Below are positions 43,101 to 64,000 of a stretch of 64,000 nt of DNA, piece after piece. The position numbers were made by a program, and so were the translations under genes. This stretch comes from the human T2T-CHM13v2.0 reference genome, Homo sapiens: NCBI RefSeq assembly GCF_009914755.1, contig NC_060936.1, one strand, 5' to 3'. A model generated the notes under the pieces. The model did no database searches. It was not told the DNA's origin and worked only from the letters and a program-made list of their open reading frames with translations. Position 1 is the stretch's first letter, and every line of letters starts with the position of its first letter.

Positions 43101-45916
43101 GGGTGTATATAGGTTTAGGATTGTGATATTTTCCTGTTGGACAAGGCATTTTACCATTATATAATGTCCCTCTTTGTCTCTTTTAACTGCTATTGCTTTA
43201 AAGTTTGTTTTGTCTGATATAAGAATAGCTACCCCTGCTCACTTTTGGTGTCCATTTGCATGAAATGACTTTTCCACTCCTTTACTTTAAGTTTATGTGA
43301 GTTCTTACTTGTTAGGTGGGTCTCCTGAAGGCAGCAGATGGTTGGTGAGTTCTTATCCATTCTGCGGTTCTGTTTCTTTTAAGTGGAGCATTTAGGCTAT
43401 TTACATTCAATGTTAGTATTGAGATGTGAGGTACTATTGCATTCACTGTGCTCTATGTTGCCTGTGTACTTTGGTATTTTTTGTTTTTTGGGTTTTTTTT
43501 TTTTTTTTTTTTTGCTTTTTAACTTGTATTTTTGTTTCATAGGTCCTGTGTGATTAATGCTTTAAAGAGGTTCTGTTTTGATGTGTTTCCAGATTTAGAG
43601 CTCCTTTTAGCAGTTCTTGTAGTGGTGGCTTGGTAGTGGCAAATTCTCTCAGCATTTGTTTGTCTGAAAAAGACTGTATTTTTCCTTCATATATGATGCT
43701 TAATTTCACTGGATACAAAATTCTTGGCTGATAATCGTTTTGTTTGAGGAGGCTGAAGATAGAGCCCAATCTTTTCTAGCTCGTAGGGTTTCTGCTGAGA
43801 AATCTGCTGTTAATCTGATAGATTTTCCTTTATAGGTTACCTGGTGCTTCTGTCTGACAGCTCTTAAGATTCTTTCCTTTGTCTTAACTTTGGATAACCT
43901 GATGACAATGTGCCTAGGTGATGATCTTTTTGTGATGAATTTCCCGGGTGTTCTTTGTGCTTCTTGTATTCGGATGTCTAGGTCTCTAACAAGGCTTTGG
44001 AAATTTTCCTTGATTACTCTCCCAAATATGTTTTCCAAGCTTTTAGAATTCTCTTCTTCCTTAGGAACATAGATTATTCTTAGGTTTGGTCATTTAACAT
44101 AATCCCAGACTTCTTAGAGTCTTTGTTCATATTTTCTTATTCTTTTTTCTTTGTCTTTGTTGGATTGGGTTAATTCGAAGATGTTGTATTCAAGCTCTGA
44201 ATTTCTTTCTTCTACTTGTTCAGTTCTATTGCTGAGACTTTCCAGAGCATTTTGCATTCCTATGTGTCCAATATTTCCTGAAATTTTAATTATTTTTTCT
44301 TTAAGCTATATATTTCCTTGATTATTTCTCCCTTCACTTCTCGTATCATTTTTTTGGATTTCCTTGCATTGGGCTTCACCTTTCTCTGGTGCCTCCCTGA
44401 TTAGCCTAATAACTACCCTCCTGAATTCTTTTTCAGGTAAATCAGGGATTTCTTCTTGGTTTGGATCCATTGCTGGTGAACTAGTGTGATTTTTTGGGGA
44501 GTGCTAAAGAGTACTGTTGGGTCATATTACCAGAGTTGGTTTTCTGGTTCCTTCTCATTTGGGTAGGCTCTGTTTGAGGGAAGGTCTAGGGTTGAAGGCT
44601 GTTGTTCAGATTCTTTTGTCCTACAGGGTGTTCCCTTGATGTAGTACTCTCCCCCTTTTCCTGTGGATGTGGCTTCCTGTGAGCCAAACTGCAGTGATTA
44701 TTGTCTCTCTTCTGGGTTTAGCCACCCAGCAATTCTAACCAATTCTGGGCTGGTACTGGGGGTTGTCTGCACAGACTTCTGTGATGACAACTATCTATGG
44801 GTCTCTCAGCTGTGGTTACCAGTGCCTGTTCTGGTGGAGGTGGCAGGGGGGTGCAATGGACTCTGTAAGGGTTCTTAGCTTTGGTGGTTTAATGCTCTGT
44901 TTTTGTGCTGCTTGGCATCCTGCTGGGAGGTGGCACTTTCCAGAGAATCAGCTGTGGTAGTATGGGGAGGAACCAGCGGAGGGTAGGGCCCTAGAACCCC
45001 CAAGATTATATGCCCTTTGTCTTCAGCTACCAGGGTGGGTAGGGAAGGACCATCAGGTGGTGGCAGGGTTAGGTGCTATGGCTGCTATGGGGGATGGGGG
45101 TGAGGTGCCCAGGTCAATGGAGTTGTGCACCTAGGAGGATTATGGCTGCCTCTGCTGAGTCATGCAGGTTATCAGGGAAGTGGGGGAAAGCCAGCAGTCA
45201 CAGCCCTCACCCAGCTCCCATGCAAACTGAAGGGCCGGTCTCACTTCCACCATGCCCCTCTAACAGCCCTGAATCTGTTTCCAGGTGGTGGGCGAGCCGG
45301 GCTTGAGAACTTGCCCCAGGCTACCCACCTCCCAGCTGTGAAAGAAAGGGGCTTGGTTCTTCCCCCACCTGTGGAGTCTGCACACCGGATTCATACCCTC
45401 CCCCAAGTTCTAGCCAGGAGGCTTCTCACCCAGTTCAAATTGCTACAAAGTTAGCTGGAGATTTCCTTCTCCCTGTAGTGTTTCCCCTTGCACTCCACTC
45501 CTCTGGCTGCTGCCTTCCTGACGGATCCCTGTGGTGCCAGGCAAGAATGGCCTGCTTGGGGATCCAGCAAGCTCCCAGGGCCTTTCTGCTGCTTCCTGTA
45601 CCCCTGTATTTCACTCAGCTCTCTAAATTGACTCAGCTCCAGGTACAGTTGGAAACTTCTCCTGCAAACAGACCTTCAGTTTCTCCAGTGGGGGTGTGTG
45701 TTCGGGAGAGGAGGCTCTCCCTTTCCCACTTCTGCAGTTGGGGCACTCACGGTATTTGTGGTGTCTCCCTGGTCCTGCAGGAGCAGTCCGCTTTTTTCAG
45801 AGGGTCTGTGGGTCCTCTCGGGATTGCTGGTTTGTTCTTGCAGTTGATCTGGAGCTAAAATTCATGATGCAAGCCTCAGCACGCTGCTCTGTCCGTCCGA
45901 GTCAGAGCTGCAATCT

Positions 45917-47750
45917 CTACTCTGTTATAAGGTATGTTCATTACCATGAAGTTATATAGTGAAGGTGAACTAGTTAAAACTGGCCAAAAGATCTGAACAG
46001 ACATCTCAGCAAATAAGACATACAGGTGGCAAATAAGCATATGAAAAGATGCTTGACATCATTTGCCAATAGGAAATTAAAAATTAACAGTGAGATGCCA
46101 CTACACATCTATAGAATGAAAAAAGTCCAAAAAACTGACAATACAAATTGCTGATGATGATGCAAAGCAAGAGGAGCTCTCATGCATTGCTGTGGTAATG
46201 CAAAATGGTATAGCCACTTTGAAAAACAGTTTTGCAGTTTCTTACAAAACTAAACATAGTTTTACCATATAATTCAGCAATCATGCTGCTAGGTATTTGC
46301 CTGATTTGAAAACATGCACACACAAAAATTCTACATGCGAATGTTTATAGCAGCTGTATTTGTGATTGCCAAAAAATGGAAGCAACCAAGATGTCCTTCA
46401 ATAGGTGAATAGACATTCAAACTAAGATGCTTTCATGCAATGGAATATTATTCAACAATAAAAAGAAATGATGTATCAAGCCATAAAAAGACATAGATGA
46501 AACTTAATTATATATTGCTAAGTGAAAGAGTCTAGAAAAGGCAACAATTTTTGGTAAAAATGAAGTGGTAAAAACATCAGTGGTTGCTGGGGTTTGGAGA
46601 CAAGTTGAAAAAGTGAAGCACGGGAGGTTTTTCCTCCATCCCAGGTGGAGAAATTTATTCCATATAATACTGTAGTGGAAAATACATACTATGCATTTGT
46701 TTAAAACCCATAGGACTTTGTAGCCCAAAGAATAAACCTTAATGGATGTAAAGTTTTAAAAAAAACAATTGGGAGGTTGAGGGATCCCAAGATGGAATGT
46801 AGAATACGACAAAAAAAACAAAAAAACAAAAAAAAAAACCTACCTGTATTACAAATGTATAATGCAGCGTCATTAAAGGAGGTAGGGAAAGGTGCTGACC
46901 TAAGTAGCTTTGGAAGTGAATCAAGTTTGTAAGGCTAAAGGCACAAGAAACTGTATATAAGCATTTATCCTAGTTCAGTCCTTCCCAACTCCTGGTCTGC
47001 AGACCGGTACTGGTCTGTGGCCTGTTAGGAACCGTGCCACACAGCAGGAGGTGAGCGGTGGGTGAACGTCACTGCCTGAGCTCCACCTCCTGTCAGATCA
47101 GTGGGAGCATTAGATTCTTGTAGGAGAGAATTTCATAGATTCTCATATTGTGAAGTGTACATGTGAGGGATCTAGGTTGCATGCTCCTTATGAGAATCTA
47201 ATGATAAATGTAATGCTCTTGAATCATCCTGAAACCAGCCCCCTACTCCCATCTATGGAAAAATTGTCTTCCACACAACTGATCCCTGGTGCCAAAAAGG
47301 TTGGGGACCACTGATCTAGTTGATACAGTTTTCCCCAGGGAGTTGTGGGTTAACAATTCTGATACCGCTACACACTGTGGTTGAGCGATTAAGTGAATGA
47401 TGGCATATGGTGGCAATCATATGGCATATGGTTTCTTGCTGTTGGAGTGGCAGAGGCAAGAGCAAGCCTAGAGGACCCTGAGGAGGCATGACTACTACAT
47501 GTAATGTGTTACCTTGACTGGGATTCTGGAACAGAAAAAGGTCATTAGGAAAATATTAAAGAAATCTGGATAAAGAATTGACTTCAGTTAATAATAAATG
47601 TATCAATGTTGGCTCATTAATAAGTGTACCATACTGATGTTAGATATTAATAATAAGGGGGACTGGGTATTAGGTATATATGAACTTTGTATGATCTTTG
47701 TAATTGTATTGTAAATTTAAGCTGTTCTAGAATAAAAGGTTTATCTTTAA
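45917..47750 (+). mobile_element. Ancient L1MC/MD-type 3' part (continuation of the 36700-39020 host)
   Basis: The inter-ORF spacer resumes (ctctgttataaggta), followed by the ORF2 C-terminus (gatctgaacagacatctc...) and a long 3' UTR ending aataaaaggtttat. Confidence 0.75.
46976..47313 (+). mobile_element. MER1B (hAT-Charlie)
   Basis: cagtccttcccaac...ggtgccaaaaaggttggggaccactg; TSD tcctagtt/atctagtt. Confidence 0.9.
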
Positions 47751-47819
47751 AAATTACAGGAAGTGAATAATTTAAACTGAAATTTAATCATGTATGGCAG
47801 TAAAATAATAAATGAAACA

Positions 47820-48590
47820 ATTTTGAATGTTAAAATTAAAAAACCACAATGAAGTATCAATATAACCATTAGAATAACTAAAATGTTTTAATATGACAAT
47901 TACAATTGATGGTGTTGGTGATGATATAGGGACATTGGAACTCTCATACATTGCTGATGGGAGTGTAAAAGGGAGTGTAAAAATCCATCTTTGGAAAGCT
48001 GTTTGATGGTTTCCTATAAAGTTATATATGCAATTACCATATGACCCAGCAATTTCACTTCAAGGTGTTTATCCAAAAGATATGAAAGCATATGTACACA
48101 CAAAGATTTGTACCAAAATATTCATATGAGTTTTACTCGTAATAGCCCAAAACTGGTAGCCACCCAATAGATAAAAATGGCTAAACAAGTTGTGGTATAT
48201 TTATAAAAAGGAATACTACTTAGAATTAAAAAATGAACAAACCTACATATATATGCAACAAACTAGATCAATATAATAAAAGCATTATACTGAGAGACCA
48301 GGCGTAAAAGAGTAAGTATTATGTGATTCAATTTTTATGAAACTTTAGGAAAGACATGTCTAATCTATAGTGATAAAAAGCAGATCAGTGGTGGTGTGAG
48401 GCTGGGAGCAGGGGCAATTGATTGAGAAGGGGCAAAAAGGAACTTTTTAGGATAATGAAAATATTTTTATTATGGTAGTGATTATACAGATGTATATCTT
48501 TATCAAGATTCATTCATCTATACAGTTAAAATGTGTGCATTTTCTTGTGTATAAATTGTTCCCTAGTGAGGTTGACTTTTAAAGAGGATT
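47820..48590 (+). mobile_element. L1ME-type 3' end
   Basis: ggaactctcatacattgctgatggg; ttaccatatgacccagcaatttcac; gcagatcagtggtgg. Confidence 0.75.
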
Positions 48591-49026
48591 AGAGAAAAAA
48601 TGACATTATTTTATAATGTGAGTTCAAAGGAGTTTTTAAACCTGTAATTCAAATAATTAGATGTAAAAGGACATTTAAGGGTATAAAGCTGTATAAAGCC
48701 ATATAAAGGATATTTAAAGGTATGAAGAGAAATACTAGAACAGCTAAAAATCATTATAAAATTAAATGTTAGTGATAGAAGGAAGAGACAATAAGGAGGT
48801 GGGAGGAGGTGAACACATACTAACTTTTGTATTGCACATAGTCAAAAGCCATTAATTGCTATTTAAAGAGAACAATATTTAATAATTAATTTTATAAAAT
48901 TAAATCACTAAAATAACTTTTAAAAGGATGAACCACTAAAATAACAAAATAACCCCAAAAATCTTCCCAATCATCAGAAAAATGCATTCACAGAATGAAT
49001 GAAATACAGATAACACAAATCACACG

Positions 49027-49392
49027 TGTATTAGTCAGTTTTCACACTGCTATAAAGACAACCTGAGACTGGGTAACTTATAGAGAAAAGAGATTTAATT
49101 GACTCACAGTTCCACATAGCTGGGTAGGCCTCAGGAACCTTACAATCATGGCGGAAGGGGAAGGGGCATATCTCAAATGGCAGCAGGCAAGAGAAGAGTG
49201 TGTGTAGTGAAGGGGGAAGAACCCCTTATAAAATCATCAGATCTCGTGAGAACTCACTATCACAAGAACAGCAAGGAGGGAACTGCCCCCATGATCCAAT
49301 CATCTCCCACCAGGTTCCTCCTTGACATGTGGGGATCACGAGGATTACAATTCAAGATAAGACTTGGGTGGGGAGACAGTCAAATCATGTCA
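49027..49392 (-). mobile_element. THE1 (THE1D-like) solo LTR
   Basis: tgtattagtcagttttcacactgctataaag...gggtggggagacagtcaaatcatgtca. Confidence 0.88.
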
Positions 49393-49616
49393 ACATAATA
49401 AAAATATTTTTTAAATGAATAAAAAATACATAGTATAGCATAAGATATAATTTAAAAACTGAACACCAAATGTACCTGTTGTATCCATAGATTTCACTGG
49501 ATAAACTAACTTTTTAAATAGAAAATATTCAGGCTATACCACAAAGCAAATCTGAGCCATTTGCACTAGTGAGCCAACACAGAAAACCATGGAAACCTAG
49601 GAAGTTTGAAATATAA

Positions 49617-52382
<2,766 letters not shown>

Positions 52383-52564
52383 TAGAGATACAGGGCAAAA
52401 TTTAGAGAAATATAAACAAAGAAAGCAAAAATTATCACTCAATAAAACTTAGAGCAAAAAGCATATGGGATGAGTAAAGGCAATTTTTAATAATAGGTAA
52501 ACTGTGAAATAAAGGCCTTGCATTTATACTTATTCATACACCAAATACATATCATCTAAATTCA

Positions 52565-52911
<347 letters not shown>

Positions 52912-54258
52912 AGAAATAGAAGTAGGATACTTAATATCTCTCAGTCTATGTAGATATCATTTAAAAATAAATAAGCTCATTGAAGGCCTAAATAAAATAC
53001 TTTAGGAAAGTTTAATGTATTGAACTCTACACAACCAAAGCAAGTAGTCAGTATCTTCTCAGAAGCCATGCAAAACACAACAGTATCCAGTCACAATGCA
53101 AGAAAGGTCAAATGATAAAACTAGAAAACAGAAAACAAAAAACTACCACAACTATTCAACCAAAGAGGAAATCAAAACAAAAAGCCAGAATAATTAGAAA
53201 ATGACAATAATAAAAATATTTCCTTGAACTTATGAGATAGGACCAAAGTTGTATAGAGAAAAATTCATAGCCAAAGACATTAATAGTAATAAATAATTAA
53301 GGATTAAAATAAATTAACAAGATAGAAAACAAAAACAGAAAGAAAAACTAATGTAAAGACAGAATTTAATGTACTAAAATGTTAAATTGGTCTAAAAAAT
53401 AAGAGGAATTTTCTAGATAAAAATAAGAACCTAATCAAGAAAATGAAAAAGCATAAAAACACAAAGTCATAGAGATGATAAAAATAATCTGAGGGTAAAC
53501 TAAAAAATTATATGAATCTTATGTTTTAAGTGGCAAAAAAAAAGCTTTTCCTCTAAAATCTGGAACAAGACAAGGATGCCCACTTTCACCACTTTTATTC
53601 AACATAGTACCAGAAGTCTTAGGGCAATTAGGTGACAGAAAGAAATACAGGATATCCAAACTGGAAAGGAGGAAGTCAAACTGACTTTGTTTGTAGATAA
53701 CATAATCTTATAGAAAACTCTACAGACATCACCAAAAATCTTAGAACTAATAAACAAATTCAGTAAAGTTACAGGATATAAGATCAATGTACAAAAACCT
53801 GTGGCATTTTTATATACCAGTATCAAACTATCTGTAAAAGAAATTTAAAAAGCAACTCCATTTATATTAGCTAAAAAACTCCCAGGAATAAATTTAACCA
53901 AGGAGGTGAAAGAGCTCTACAATGAAAACTCTAAAGCATTAATTTAAAAAATTTGAAGAGAATACAAATAAATGGAAAGCTATCCCATGTTTGTTGATTG
54001 GAATAATTACTATTGTGAAAATATCCACAGTATTCAGAGTGATCTACAGATTCCATGCAGTCCCTATCAAAATACTGATGACATTCTTCACATAAATATC
54101 AAGACATCCTAAAATTTGTATGAATGACCTCAAATGGTCAAAACAATCTTGAGAAAAAAAAAAGCAAAGCTAGAGGCATCACACTACTTGACTTCAAAAT
54201 ATACCACAAAGCAATAGTAACCAAAAGATCATGGAACTGGCATAAAAACAGGCACATA

Positions 54259-54723
<465 letters not shown>

Positions 54724-55027
54724 CTAGACTCCTGTTTCTCACCACCTATCCAAATCAACTCAAAATGGATTAAAGACTTAAATGTAAGATGGCAAACTAT
54801 AAAACTACTAGAAGAAAACATAGAGTAAATGTTTCATGACATTGGTATGGGCAAATACTTTTTTTATAAGACTCCAAATGCATAGGTAACAAAAGCAAAT
54901 ATAGACAAATGGAATTACATCAAACTAAAAAGTTCCTTCACATCAAAGGAAATCATCAACAAAGTGAAGAGACAATCTACAGAATAAGAGAAAAATATTT
55001 GCAAACTATGCATCTCACAAGGGACTA

Positions 55028-55440
<413 letters not shown>

Positions 55441-55551
55441 AGATCTGAATAGACATTTTTCCAGAGAACACATACAAATGCTAACAGGTATATGGAAAAG
55501 TACGAAACATCATGAATCATCAGAGAAATTCAAGATGTCACTTTACACTTG

Positions 55552-61691
<6,140 letters not shown>

Positions 61692-62545
61692 CACCTTACG
61701 CCTGTTAGAATGGCTATTACCAAAAAGACAAAAGGTAAGTGTTGGTATGGATAAGGAGAAAAGGGAACCCTCATACACTGTTAGTGGGAACATAAATTAG
61801 CACAGCCATTATGAAAAACAGTATGGAGGTTGCTCAAAAAATTAAAAATAGAACTACCATATGATCCAGCAATCCCATCACTGGGTATGTATCCAAAGGA
61901 AATGAAATCAGTAAGTCTAAGAGATGTCTGCACTCCCACGTTTATTGTTGCACACTATTCACAATAGCCAATATATGGAATCAACCTAAGTGTCTATCAA
62001 TGAATGAATGAATAAGGAAATGTAGTGTATTTGTACAATGGAATACTATTCAGCCATGAAAAAGAATGAATTTCTGTCATTTTTGGCAGCACAGATGAAC
62101 CTGGAGCATATTATGTTAAGTGAAGTAAGCCAGGCACAGAAAGACAAATATTGAATGATTACTCATATGTGGAATCTAAAAAAAAAATTGATCTCATAGA
62201 AGTAGAACAATAGTGGTTACCAGAGGCTGTGAAAGGTAGGAGGTTTGGAGGGATAGGATGAGGTTAGTCAACAGATACAAAGTTATACTTAGATAGGAGG
62301 AATAAATTCTAGTCTTCTATTGCACAGTCAGGTGACTGTAGTTAAAGATAATACATAGTATATTTCAAAATAGCTAGAAGAGAGGATTTTGAATGCTCTT
62401 ACCAGAAAGAAATGATACGTTTGAGGTGATTGATATGTAAATTAGCCTAATTGCACATTATATGCATGTATCAAAACATCACACTGTACCCCCTAAATAT
62501 GTACAATTATTATATGTCAACTGACAATAAAATAAAACTTCAAAT
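61692..62545 (+). mobile_element. L1MA-type 3' end (host, 3' part)
   Basis: Resumes at cctgttagaatggctattacc; L1MA 3' UTR ending gtacaattattatatgtcaactgacaataaaataaaa. Confidence 0.88.
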
Positions 62546-63355
62546 GGAATGAGGTGATTTTTCAGGAAAAAACAAAATACTGTATAATATTCAGCTTAGA
62601 GAAAAAAATCTCAACAGATCAATTACATAGACAAAATAAACTTTCAAAGATTTAGCCAGGTATCTTCCACCAAAACATCCCACATGGTTTGCCAGCAGGA
62701 ATTGAACCAAAATTTTAGGAATTCTAGTACTTCAACATTTTTTTCTGGAACATTAAATAATACAGCTTTGTAAGTCCCTGTATTGAGGTACCCAAAGAGA
62801 TCTCAATAATGGATAAAATATACAAACAGAAAATTAAGATATGCAGGCTCAAAAACAAATTAAACAGATCCATGCACTGGCAAATAGGACAGTAACACAG
62901 AGTAACAATCCCAGGTAATGAAACAGGCAAACTAGGCTCAGCTTGCCATGGTAGATGGGCATTTGTCCTCTGCAGGGTAACTTGGTCTAAAAGCTGTCCT
63001 ATGCAGCCACCATTGTCACCAGAAACCAGAGGCAGCACCCAGGGTTCTTCTACCTGTGAAAGAAGGCTTAAAAATTATTGTTGCCTGGAGCAAGGCTTGC
63101 ATGAACTGTGGTGTTAGGGAGGAAAAGAACACAGCACAGTTTATGACCAGGAATTAAATTAAACTGTCCTCTGACAGCTTGGTAGCATATTTGCCATTTC
63201 TTCAATATCACCATGGGGCAGGAACCTTACATTGCCAAATGAAACCTGGTTCAGGATGGAGTGGACTAAGTGGAACGGTGCCAATAGGCTGGCTGGTAGG
63301 AGAGTGAACAGAGAGAGAAAGAGAGGGACAGGGAGGAGGAAAAGGGGGTTTGTTA

Positions 63356-63717
<362 letters not shown>

Positions 63718-64000
63718 GGTAAAATCCGTAAATCAACATTAAGTGGGAGTTATAGTCAATGGGCAGTTAAAGTGTGTTAAGCTTGTTTCATTTGTGACTT
63801 TAGTCTTTTTATACAAAGATTAATTGAATATATAGCTAAAACTTCATGGGAAACCTCTGGAAGAATAGAAAGACAATCAGCACAGAGGAGGGTGAAAAAA
63901 TATACAAAACATTTTCAATCCAACAGAAATCAGGGAAGAAAGTAAAGCAGCAAATAAAAAGGATGGTAAGCAAAACACAAAAATAAGTGTTAAAAGTTGT

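Noticed and set aside
42519-43157. 212-aa endonuclease-like ORF
   Set aside because: L1PB ORF2 APE domain relic in a disrupted element.

Overview
Human (primate-repeat-rich) genomic DNA containing the last five coding exons and 3' UTR of POLR3B, the second-largest RNA polymerase III subunit (RPC2), on the + strand. The exons are 5366-5469, 6063-6229, 10957-11070, 13715-13888 and 19054-19183 (stop); all are flanked by AG/GT and join in consistent phase. The probable poly(A) site is near 19830. From about 20 to 33 kb the sequence is intergenic, with ancient repeats and several repeat-free, motif-dense blocks. These are candidate enhancers; from known human gene order the next gene to the right, outside the window, is RFX4. 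From about 33.5 to 62.5 kb the window is an almost continuous nest of transposons. Two near-full-length L1s (L1PB-like and L1PA4/5-like) sit antisense inside older L1M elements, along with a complete MST/MaLR provirus, THE1 LTRs, MER1B and many Alus. Almost all listed ORFs are repeat-derived or chance. I found no convincing new biological system. The best leads are a very young AluYa5 in a POLR3B intron, an in-frame cryptic acceptor upstream of a weak AAG acceptor, a non-canonical poly(A) signal, a possible antisense terminal exon, and an X-box + PBX/MEIS + HOX motif cluster at about 27.1 kb. Repeat subfamily calls and boundaries were made by eye and are approximate.
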